Part shown: piece after piece, positions 42,836 to 50,622 of the stretch
Numbering within the stretch: the stretch's first letter is position 1
Layout of the letters: each line of letters starts with the position of its first letter
DNA from: a virus
Virus record (IMG/VR): IMGVR_UViG_3300024299_000001
Coordinates: 67,275-131,274 of that record
Length of the DNA: 64,000 nucleotides
Direction: 5' to 3' (one strand)
Program-made: the position numbers and the translations under genes
The notes under the pieces: generated by a model
What the model was told of the DNA's origin: nothing
Databases searched by the model: none
What the model saw: the letters and a program-made list of their open reading frames with translations, nothing else

Positions 42836-43486
42836 ATGAAACAAAAATTAGTAGGTAAACGTTTTGGTAAATTATTAGTCATTAATGAAGAACCAGAAAG
42901 AGCAAACAATTCAAGGTATTTTAAAGTACTTTGTGATTGTGGTAATACCCCTGTAATGCATATGTCTAGTATAAAACGTAAAATAGCAGGTATTAAAAGT
43001 TGTGGTTGTGCTAATAAACATAATGGTACTGGGACCCGTTTACACAGTATTTGGCAAAATATGAAACAACGCTGTTTAAATCCAAAAAATACTAATTATA
43101 GAAATTATGGAAAAAAAGGTATCACAATCTGTACTCTTTGGTTAGAAGATTTTACTTTGTTTCGTACTTGGGCTTTAAATAGTGGATACCACGCTAATTT
43201 AACTATAGACAGAAAAAACGGAAAATTAGGATATACACCATTAAATTGTAGATGGGTAGACCAAATAACACAAACTCGTAATTCTTATAAACGAAGGAAA
43301 ACCAATTCAAAATATATTGGAGTATGTTTTTACCAACGTACTAAATTATGGGCAGCATATATTAATGTTGACAAAAAACGTATCCATTTAGGTTTTCACT
43401 CTTCCGAATATAAAGCGGCTATAGCTAGAGATTCTTATATTGTAGCACATAATTTACAAAATTTTATTATGAATGAGGTGTTATAG
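42836..43486 (+). CDS. Free-standing homing endonuclease (HNH-like IDR..N..N plus AP2 DNA-binding domain)
   Basis: GKRFGKLLVI, LHSIWQNMKQRC.NP, LTIDRKNGKLGYTPLNCRWVDQITQTRN, YIGVCFYQRTKLWAAYI...HLGFH. Fills the whole gap between the two polymerase pieces. Confidence 0.75.
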   Translation: MKQKLVGKRFGKLLVINEEPERANNSRYFKVLCDCGNTPVMHMSSIKRKIAGIKSCGCANKHNGTGTRLHSIWQNMKQRCLNPKNTNYRNYGKKGITICTLWLEDFTLFRTWALNSGYHANLTIDRKNGKLGYTPLNCRWVDQITQTRNSYKRRKTNSKYIGVCFYQRTKLWAAYINVDKKRIHLGFHSSEYKAAIARDSYIVAHNLQNFIMNEVL

Positions 43487-45120
43487 TGGGTGTTACTGCA
43501 AAAATAGCAACTCCAGATTTATTAAAGTATAATGGTCAAGATTGCTTGGCTACCTGGTACGTTAATGAGACCCATAAACCAACAATGATAGCTGATCAAC
43601 AAGAGCAACTATATGAAGAATTATTTAAACCAACAGTAATTACTCTCTTGCAGACTGAGCTGTGTGGCATGCCAATTAATCCAAAAAAAGTACAATTTGC
43701 TAAACTTCATTTAGTTTCTATTGAACATACCTGTTTAGATTATTTTAATAATTCTAAATTAATCCAAGATTTTCATTTTACTCAATTAATAGCATTAGCA
43801 GAAAAGATGACTGCTAAAGCTAAAAAGAAAATTTACGATATCACTGATCCAATCATTGCCCGGGAAGTATTTAATCCTGGCAGTGATACCCAACTCAGGG
43901 CTTTAATCTTTGATTATATGGGTTACGATATAATCAATCTTACAAAAGGTAAACAAGCCTCTACCAGCAAGGGTACCATTGAGAAGTTAATTAATCATGC
44001 CAAGACTCCTGAACATAAAGAAATATTTGAACATCTTATTAAATTAGCTGATGTCAGTATCTTACTTTCAACTTTTATTCCTTCAATGGAGAAAGCACAA
44101 AGATTACCTGATGGTAGTTACCGGTTATATGGTAACTTTAATCTTGGCGGGACCCAAAGCTTAAGGCTATCCAGTTCAGATCCTAATCTGCAAAATATTC
44201 CATCACATTCAATATTTGCTCAAATCATTAAAGAATGCTTCGAACCGATTATTGGTTGGTTATTCTTTGGTTCAGACTTTGATGCACTGGAAGATAAAAC
44301 AAATGCTCTAATAACTAAAGATCCAAATAAATTAAAAATCTATACTGATGGTTTTTGTGGCCACTGTCTTCGGGCATTCTCTTACTTTGGCGATAAAATG
44401 AATGGTATTATTGAAACAGTTACTTCTATTAATTCCATTAAAAAACTCTATCCTGATCTAAGACAAGATTCTAAAGCCCCTACCTTTGCACTTACCTACG
44501 GGGGAAGTTTTCATACTTTAATGAAGAATTGTGGATTTACTAAACCTCAAGCCAAACAAATTGAAAAGATGTACCACCAGCTTTACACCGTAGCAGATAA
44601 ATGGGTTGATAATCTTGTAGAGCAAGCCAAAAAAATAGGATACATTCCCTTAGCATTTGGTGGCCGGATACGTACCCCATTGCTCGCTAAAACCGTAGGG
44701 AAGGTCAAAGTACCCTTTGCAGCTCAAAAGGAGGCTAGGAGTGCAGGAAATGCTGCTACACAGTCATATTGTTTCCTGACCCAACGTGCAATGAATGAAT
44801 TCAGAGAAAGAGTATGGGCTTCACCATATATTTACACTATATTACCTGCTGCTACAATTCATGATGCAGCTTATTACATGGGACAAGATAATGCTGATCT
44901 GATCAAATGGGCCAATGATAATCTCATTGATTGTATGGCTTGGCAGCAATTACCTGAACTAATGCATCCTACGATTAAAATAAGCTCTGGATTAGAGATT
45001 TACTGGCCTTCCTGGGGTAATAAGGTCAAGATACCCAATAACGCTTCTAAACAGCAAATTAAAGCCCTTTGTTTGAAAGCTGAACAAGAAGAAAAGGCTA
45101 AACAATTAATTACACCATAA
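43486..45120 (+). CDS. Family A DNA polymerase, C-terminal piece (Exo III + polymerase domain)
   Basis: GTG start after GAGGTG. Contains YNGQDCLATW (Exo III), SSSDPNLQNIP, RQDSKAPTFALTYG (motif B) and IHDAAYY (motif C). Confidence 0.85.
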   Translation: MGVTAKIATPDLLKYNGQDCLATWYVNETHKPTMIADQQEQLYEELFKPTVITLLQTELCGMPINPKKVQFAKLHLVSIEHTCLDYFNNSKLIQDFHFTQLIALAEKMTAKAKKKIYDITDPIIAREVFNPGSDTQLRALIFDYMGYDIINLTKGKQASTSKGTIEKLINHAKTPEHKEIFEHLIKLADVSILLSTFIPSMEKAQRLPDGSYRLYGNFNLGGTQSLRLSSSDPNLQNIPSHSIFAQIIKECFEPIIGWLFFGSDFDALEDKTNALITKDPNKLKIYTDGFCGHCLRAFSYFGDKMNGIIETVTSINSIKKLYPDLRQDSKAPTFALTYGGSFHTLMKNCGFTKPQAKQIEKMYHQLYTVADKWVDNLVEQAKKIGYIPLAFGGRIRTPLLAKTVGKVKVPFAAQKEARSAGNAATQSYCFLTQRAMNEFRERVWASPYIYTILPAATIHDAAYYMGQDNADLIKWANDNLIDCMAWQQLPELMHPTIKISSGLEIYWPSWGNKVKIPNNASKQQIKALCLKAEQEEKAKQLITP

Positions 45121-45130
45121 GGAGTAAATT

Positions 45131-45487
45131 ATGTCAGATCTAAGTCATTACCCAAAAACAGATAAATTTGAAATTATAGATACCATTGGTACCCCTCACC
45201 CATTTTGTATTACACCCCGTCATGTAGTATTTGCCTCTGATCATCATGGAGGTATGCTGGGAAAAGAGGCAATAGAAGCCTATGAAAAATCAAAAGGATC
45301 CTGTCATTGTGGGGTAAAAGGATGCCAATTATCTTTTGCAGAACATGAGACTGCTTTGCTTATTGCAGTAGATGACTCCCGGGAATTAGGGGCGATACCA
45401 GAATTACCTACTTATTTATTAAAATGTAAACCTATCTGTGAAAAAGATGGTTATGCTGGTTTTGCTTTTATGAAAAAGAAATCATGA
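45131..45487 (+). CDS. Hypothetical Cys/His-rich protein
   Basis: 118-aa ORF. Confidence 0.3.
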   Translation: MSDLSHYPKTDKFEIIDTIGTPHPFCITPRHVVFASDHHGGMLGKEAIEAYEKSKGSCHCGVKGCQLSFAEHETALLIAVDDSRELGAIPELPTYLLKCKPICEKDGYAGFAFMKKKS

Positions 45488-45687
45488 CACCTGAAGACAT
45501 AGACTTACATAAACTTGCTATTGGTCAATTAGACCATACTGACATGGCAATCATACATCGATTTGCTCCTTCGGAACACCCATTCTTTACAGTGGATACC
45601 GGTCTATCTAAATATTTCAATGATAGATTTAAAAAACTTGGAGGGATGACTCCAGAAATATCTAAATTAATAGGATGGCAAATGTGA
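45484..45687 (+). CDS. Hypothetical small protein
   Basis: 67-aa ORF. Confidence 0.3.
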   Translation: MTPEDIDLHKLAIGQLDHTDMAIIHRFAPSEHPFFTVDTGLSKYFNDRFKKLGGMTPEISKLIGWQM

Positions 45688-45893
45688 CTCTTATCTGTCC
45701 ATTCTGTAAAAGCAAAGCAGTAAGATATTATGCAAAACGCACACGCGGAGGACTGAGACCTCTTTCGCATATTGTCTTTTGTATAAGTTGTGAGGCTAAA
45801 GGACCTAAAGCTCTAACCAAAAAAGAAGCTATTAAATTATGGAGCATAACACTATCTACTGGCGAAAGGAAAATATATGATCTTATCAGTTGA
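45675..45893 (+). CDS. Lar-family-like zinc-ribbon protein (restriction alleviation family)
   Basis: CPFCKSKAV...FCISCEAKGPKALTKKEAIKLW matches the Lar pattern CPFCG...C..C.A.GP....EAI..WN. Confidence 0.5.
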   Translation: MANVTLICPFCKSKAVRYYAKRTRGGLRPLSHIVFCISCEAKGPKALTKKEAIKLWSITLSTGERKIYDLIS

Positions 45894-46134
45894 AATACCA
45901 AAAAGATGTTATTGTGATAATACTCATCAAAACAATCAAACTGTTTGTATAGAATGTTGGGTATTGGGTTATAGGTATAATTCACCATTTTATCCACGAG
46001 TTTGGTGGAACCCTATTTTAACTAATATACACGCAGTAAAAATAAAAACTGAATATGCTAAAGGAAATATTTCACAAAGAACTTTAGCTAAAAAATATAA
46101 TATAAGTCAAAGTAACATGCATAATCAATCTTAA
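45877..46134 (+). CDS. Small protein with C-terminal HTH
   Basis: GNISQRTLAKKYNISQSNM. Confidence 0.35.
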   Translation: MILSVEIPKRCYCDNTHQNNQTVCIECWVLGYRYNSPFYPRVWWNPILTNIHAVKIKTEYAKGNISQRTLAKKYNISQSNMHNQS

Positions 46135-46154
46135 AGCTTATAAGGAGGCTTAAT

Positions 46155-46751
46155 ATGGTACTTTCAGTTGATCCAGGATTATCTAATTATGGTTATGCCG
46201 TTTGGAATGAGTATGGAGAGATCTGTGATACTGGTCTTCTTCAAACCAAAAAAACTAAAAGAAAGAATATATTGGTAGCTGATGACATGGTGCACAGGAT
46301 GGCTAGGCTTACCGTTGATCTTGAATGGGTTATCAGAGCATTTAAGATCAAAGCAGTCATTGGAGAACGCCCAGGATTTGCCAGTCAGAATTCAGCAGCA
46401 ATGAGAGATATGTCAGCCAGTATGGCTGTATCAGTGGCTGTATTTACAATGCTTAATTTATCAATGGAATGGGCAACCCCAGAAGAAGTTAAAGTAGCTT
46501 TTACTGGTAAAAAAACAGCTTCTAAAAAAGAAATGATGATAAAGGTTTGTAAACGGCATTCTTGGAATATTACTACTAAAAGGGTTAATTTTAAAAATTC
46601 TAAACAACTTAAACGTTTAGATAATATTTACCATCCAATGGGTGTACCAATGGGAGCCAATAAATTTGAACATATTGCTGATGCAGTTGCTGCAGCTCAT
46701 GCCTTAAAGAACGGTAACATTATTAAAATGTATTTAAATAAAAGAAGATAA
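46155..46751 (+). CDS. ruvC: RuvC-like Holliday junction resolvase
   Basis: LSVDPGLSNYGYAV, VIGERPGF, HIADAVAAAHAL. Confidence 0.75.
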   Translation: MVLSVDPGLSNYGYAVWNEYGEICDTGLLQTKKTKRKNILVADDMVHRMARLTVDLEWVIRAFKIKAVIGERPGFASQNSAAMRDMSASMAVSVAVFTMLNLSMEWATPEEVKVAFTGKKTASKKEMMIKVCKRHSWNITTKRVNFKNSKQLKRLDNIYHPMGVPMGANKFEHIADAVAAAHALKNGNIIKMYLNKRR

Positions 46752-46757
46752 CCAATT

Positions 46758-46840
46758 TAAGGGCAACACTACACTGGGTGGGGGATTAAAATTAAAGTTT
46801 CCTCATATAGTTTCTTTGATTCCCAGTTGCCCTTACTTTT
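46758..46840 (+). other. Long-range hairpin (TAAGGGCAA/TTGCCCTTA plus CTGGG/CCCAG) with a 43-nt loop, then T4
   Basis: Read directly. Confidence 0.35.
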
Positions 46841-46860
46841 AAACCAAAAAGGAAAATATT

Positions 46861-47148
46861 ATGCATATTATAATAGGAGATCTTGTATTACGCAGTGGAC
46901 CTAATGATTTTGTAATTTCTGATAAAGAACCCTTCATAAGTAAAAAAGGAATAAAAACATATTACAATGCTACTTATTACCCTACAATAGAATCAGCCTT
47001 AAATAACGTGTTAAAGAGACGTTTACTCAAAAGTGATGCTACTACCCTCACAGAACTCAGAAACGAATTGTTGGCACATAGACAGGAGCTGAGTGAGATA
47101 TTTAAAGAGATTATTACAACCAACCCTGAACCAAAGGAAAAAGAATGA
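46861..47148 (+). CDS. Hypothetical protein
   Basis: 95-aa ORF. Confidence 0.3.
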   Translation: MHIIIGDLVLRSGPNDFVISDKEPFISKKGIKTYYNATYYPTIESALNNVLKRRLLKSDATTLTELRNELLAHRQELSEIFKEIITTNPEPKEKE

Positions 47149-47465
47149 AAAAATTAACTTACTATTTGCCCTTAGTGGGCCCTAAGACCACTGCAGTATT
47201 TTTGATGTATAATGAAGATACTTTTAAGGCTGTTGCTAGAGGAGTTGCCTTCTGTAGTGACAAAGATCAATTCAATAAAAAAAGAGGAAGATCTATTGCT
47301 GCCGGTAGAGCATGTAAAGCTTTCATGAATGCTGAGACCTGTCCCAATAATAAAATTCGAAGAAAGACTGTACCTGCTATAGATTTCACTAATAAATGCA
47401 CTTACCTCCCTACTCTTACTGAATTTGAAAAGACCCTCATAGCCAAAATAAATAATTTAGATTAA
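47145..47465 (+). CDS. Hypothetical protein
   Basis: 106-aa ORF. Confidence 0.3.
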   Translation: MKKLTYYLPLVGPKTTAVFLMYNEDTFKAVARGVAFCSDKDQFNKKRGRSIAAGRACKAFMNAETCPNNKIRRKTVPAIDFTNKCTYLPTLTEFEKTLIAKINNLD

Positions 47466-47469
47466 TAAT

Positions 47470-47778
47470 ATGAGTGTATTTGAAGTAGGAAGATTTATAA
47501 ACCGAAAATATGAAAAACATCCACACATGCATCGATGGCCTGCTGAAAAGACATTACCAATTGCTTTTGGGTTAAAAGAACTTGAACTCCAACAAGAACC
47601 CGATAATATCACTGAAAATGTTTCAGATGAGCGTGGAAGATACGAAGAAATTAATAATAGAGGTATTTATGGTTTCTACAGAGAATCTGTTTGTCTTACT
47701 GAATACAGACAAGGTAAAGTAATTCAGCCAGCCCATACTTTATCTGAAATAGGTCAAGTGATACTCCGATGTGATTAA
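47470..47778 (+). CDS. Hypothetical protein
   Basis: 102-aa ORF. Confidence 0.3.
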   Translation: MSVFEVGRFINRKYEKHPHMHRWPAEKTLPIAFGLKELELQQEPDNITENVSDERGRYEEINNRGIYGFYRESVCLTEYRQGKVIQPAHTLSEIGQVILRCD

Positions 47779-47810
47779 TAATATATTTAAATAATATTTA
47801 ATTTAAATTC

Positions 47811-47960
47811 CACGCAGTCTTGTCGTACAGGGTACTATCGTCGACCCGAGCTAAAGCTCTCTCTCCTCTGCACCCTTCCCGACCGACTGCTGGAGTGAGC
47901 ACAGAGGGCGCGAGCGAAGCGAAGGCGACCGGTAAGTGCGTCTACGACAGCAGGAAGGTC
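47811..47960. other. GC-rich island B; the core at 47892-47941 is related to island A
   Basis: GGAGTGAGCACAGAGGGCGCGAGCGAAGCGAAGGCGACCGGTAAGTGCGT compared with the reverse complement of 22411-22468. Confidence 0.5.
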
Positions 47961-48052
47961 ATATAAATTATATATAAAACCTCTTTATATACTATATGTG
48001 TACATGACAGAATGTTTATTGGCAATAAATTCAGATAGTTACAAAAGACAAA

Positions 48053-48102
48053 ATCAAGTATATATTTTTGTTTTTAAAGTAAAATTCAAATATATACTTG
48101 AT
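48053..48102. promoter_or_regulatory. Perfect 15-bp inverted repeat ATCAAGTATATATTT / AAATATATACTTGAT with a 20-bp spacer
   Basis: Read directly; lies 100 bp upstream of the wHTH gene 48203. Confidence 0.5.
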
Positions 48103-48202
48103 CTTTTAACAGGTACCAGATAAGATGGCATAAACGAAATAAGACACAGTATCCCCATACTTTAATAGTCTTATTTTCTAAATAATGAGGTCACTATAAC
48201 AG

Positions 48203-48649
48203 ATGCCACAAATACAAAGCAACATTAATATTATTGAGATTAAAGGTAAGCGTCTCATTGTCAGTGAAACGCATAAAGAAAAACTCGGTAAATTCCAAGC
48301 AATAGGGAGAATTAATAGTATGTACAGTAAAAAGGAAACAAACTTGGATATTTTTAATTTATTGGATCAAGTGTCTAAACCAGCTTATTCTTTATTTAAT
48401 CAATTAAAAAGTAACCGCAATCCTACTAATAATATTTCTTTTATAAAAACATCACAGATGAATAAAAGCCAAAAGACTATGTTCAGCTCCAGGATCTTAG
48501 AATTAAAAAAACAAAATATTATTAAAAAAGCATTCACCATTGACCGCACTAAACCAATTCAAAAAGGCTCTTACATAATTAACCCAAATCTGATACTTTG
48601 TCCGGGACATCAAGAAGAAGCCCTTAGAATATGGGACTATTTAAAATAA
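48203..48649 (+). CDS. Winged-helix DNA-binding protein, RepL-like; paralog of 22514..22942
   Basis: See the alignment under 22514..22942. Confidence 0.4.
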   Translation: MPQIQSNINIIEIKGKRLIVSETHKEKLGKFQAIGRINSMYSKKETNLDIFNLLDQVSKPAYSLFNQLKSNRNPTNNISFIKTSQMNKSQKTMFSSRILELKKQNIIKKAFTIDRTKPIQKGSYIINPNLILCPGHQEEALRIWDYLK

Positions 48650-48662
48650 AAAGGAGTAACAC

Positions 48663-48923
48663 ATGACTGACATGAACATCTTACCGCTCTATTCAAATCT
48701 TATTAAAGATCCAGATAGTAAATCAGTTTTACCTGAAGATAATTTTTATATAGCTAAAAGATTTGGGGATCAATGGCATATTATTGAAAGTGCTATTGAT
48801 GTCTCCCGGGCAGCTGCTGCTCGAATGATCATTATGAAGCAAGACCACAAAGCCCATCCTGAAACCCGGCCCACCGATTATCGTATATTTAAAAAAGGCT
48901 TAAATAAAATTATAACTAAATGA
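48663..48923 (+). CDS. Hypothetical protein
   Basis: 86-aa ORF. Confidence 0.3.
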   Translation: MTDMNILPLYSNLIKDPDSKSVLPEDNFYIAKRFGDQWHIIESAIDVSRAAAARMIIMKQDHKAHPETRPTDYRIFKKGLNKIITK

Positions 48924-48990
48924 TATATTTAGATGACTGTCTCAAATGAGACACATTAACAGTATAACTACTTATTGAGAGGACAAAAAC

Positions 48991-49173
48991 ATGCATAAAA
49001 AGATTTTCTGTGACCAACATAAATGTCTATTACGAGAGTGCGGATGCGATATCAAAGAAGCCTCTCAATCAGTAAATGCAGCGGTTGCTTATTATACTTG
49101 CAAAAGTTGTGGCAACTATAACCTTTGGCAATATCACCGGGATTTTTGCCCAAAATGCAAAACGCACCGATGA
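48991..49173 (+). CDS. Small zinc-ribbon protein
   Basis: CDQHKC..CGC...CKSCG...CPKC. Confidence 0.35.
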   Translation: MHKKIFCDQHKCLLRECGCDIKEASQSVNAAVAYYTCKSCGNYNLWQYHRDFCPKCKTHR

Positions 49174-49219
49174 TTAAAATATTACACTAAATAATATATC
49201 AAGATTAATTTAATAATAG

Positions 49220-49248
49220 CCAACCTCCGGTTGGTTTAAAAGGATTAC
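49220..49248 (+). promoter_or_regulatory. Hairpin-promoter-like element (CCAACC-TCC-GGTTGG) outside the early region
   Basis: 6-bp stem with the same TCC loop and a downstream AAAAGGATTACT similar to the element at 29045. Confidence 0.35.
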
Positions 49249-49249
49249 T

Positions 49250-49432
49250 ATGAAAAAGCCAAAATCTTTTACATTAGTTAATGCTATTGGTTCAAATGAT
49301 AAATCAAAGATGTATCAAATATGTTGGGAACCATACCGTAAAGAATTTATTGAACCAATAACAAATAAAGAGGCTGAATCTGTACTTGGAAAAATAATCT
49401 ATTGGGAGTATATGAAATGTCTAATCCGGTAA
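49250..49432 (+). CDS. Hypothetical small protein
   Basis: 60-aa ORF. Confidence 0.3.
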   Translation: MKKPKSFTLVNAIGSNDKSKMYQICWEPYRKEFIEPITNKEAESVLGKIIYWEYMKCLIR

Positions 49433-49602
49433 TTCAATTAGAATGTTCTTGTTGTGGTAAATGTACAAAAGGCAGACAATGGTGGAATCGAGATAATGGT
49501 TATGGTTTATGCCCTGATTGTGCTAAATGGCTCAGAGATAAAGGTAATTTAATGATATATGAAAACTATGGAACAAGAGGAGTGCACTATGAAATATACT
49601 AA
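49417..49602 (+). CDS. Small zinc-finger protein
   Basis: Internal ATG of track ORF 49402..49602; CSCCGKC...CPDC. Confidence 0.35.
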   Translation: MSNPVIQLECSCCGKCTKGRQWWNRDNGYGLCPDCAKWLRDKGNLMIYENYGTRGVHYEIY

Positions 49603-50611
49603 TACAGAAAACCAATCACTTTCAATAGCCGTATGGCTTGTAACCGATTCTTATGATAAAGATCCCTTTCCCGGGCAATTGCATATAAGTGTCACTGGAC
49701 TGCTTAAACCAGCCAGAATGATTGTTTTAAGTGGTAGACTTACTGATGCCCAGGCTGTAGACCCAGAAGAAACAGAATATGATATTTCAATGAATATACC
49801 CAATAGAATGGGTACTGCTATTCATAGTGGTATCGAGAATGCTTGGATCAAAAACTATAAACAAGCATTAAAAGATCTGGGTTACCCACAAGCAATAATT
49901 GATAGAATTGTTATTAACCCATCATACAATGACCGACAAGCAGTTCCTAACTGTATTCCAGTTTATATGGAACAGCGTATACATAAAACCATTGAAGGCT
50001 ATATTGTCAGTGGTAAATATGATTTTGTTGGTGAAGGAATCATAGAAGACTTCAAATCAACTGGTGTATATGGTTACATGAAGAAAGATCCACATGATGA
50101 TGAACTTAAAATATTACAGGGTAGTATTTATCGTTGGCTCAATCCTGATATTGTTACTGCAGATCATATGCTTATCCAATATGTATTTACTGATTGGTCC
50201 AAGCTTGATTCAAAGATCAGGGCTAAACGAGGTTACCCAGCATCTCGCATTGTACCCAAAAAATTAATGCTCAAATCTATTCCGGAAACTGAATCCTGGA
50301 TCCGTCAGAAGATCCAATTAGTTAAATCTTTAGAATTGGTTCCAGAACATGAATTACCCCTTTGCACTGATGAAGAACTATGGCAGAGCAAACCAGTGTA
50401 TAAATACTTCAAAAACCCTACTAAAACGAAGAGGAGTACCGCAAATTTTGATGATTACCACTTAGCCCATGCCAGACTACTCAAAGACGGTAATTGTGGC
50501 TTAATCAAAGAATTTAAGGGCACAGTACGCCGATGTGGTTATTGTACCGCATATGAACTGTGTACTCAGAAAAATGCATATTTAAACAATGGAACACTAC
50601 AGTTACCTTAA
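49589..50611 (+). CDS. PD-(D/E)XK (Cas4/RecB-like) nuclease with C-terminal Cys cluster (N4 gp43 position)
   Basis: Start is the internal ATG after AGGAG. Contains GKYDFVGEGIIEDFKSTG and RRCGYCTAYELC. Confidence 0.6.
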   Translation: MKYTNTENQSLSIAVWLVTDSYDKDPFPGQLHISVTGLLKPARMIVLSGRLTDAQAVDPEETEYDISMNIPNRMGTAIHSGIENAWIKNYKQALKDLGYPQAIIDRIVINPSYNDRQAVPNCIPVYMEQRIHKTIEGYIVSGKYDFVGEGIIEDFKSTGVYGYMKKDPHDDELKILQGSIYRWLNPDIVTADHMLIQYVFTDWSKLDSKIRAKRGYPASRIVPKKLMLKSIPETESWIRQKIQLVKSLELVPEHELPLCTDEELWQSKPVYKYFKNPTKTKRSTANFDDYHLAHARLLKDGNCGLIKEFKGTVRRCGYCTAYELCTQKNAYLNNGTLQLP

Positions 50612-50622
50612 AGGAGGAATAA

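Noticed and set aside
47802-47960. Small protein encoded in GC-rich island B (an open frame of ~50 codons)
   Set aside because: It has no ATG or GTG start and no SD. The only candidate is a TTG without a ribosome-binding site, and the element is similar to island A at the nucleotide level in a non-coding context.
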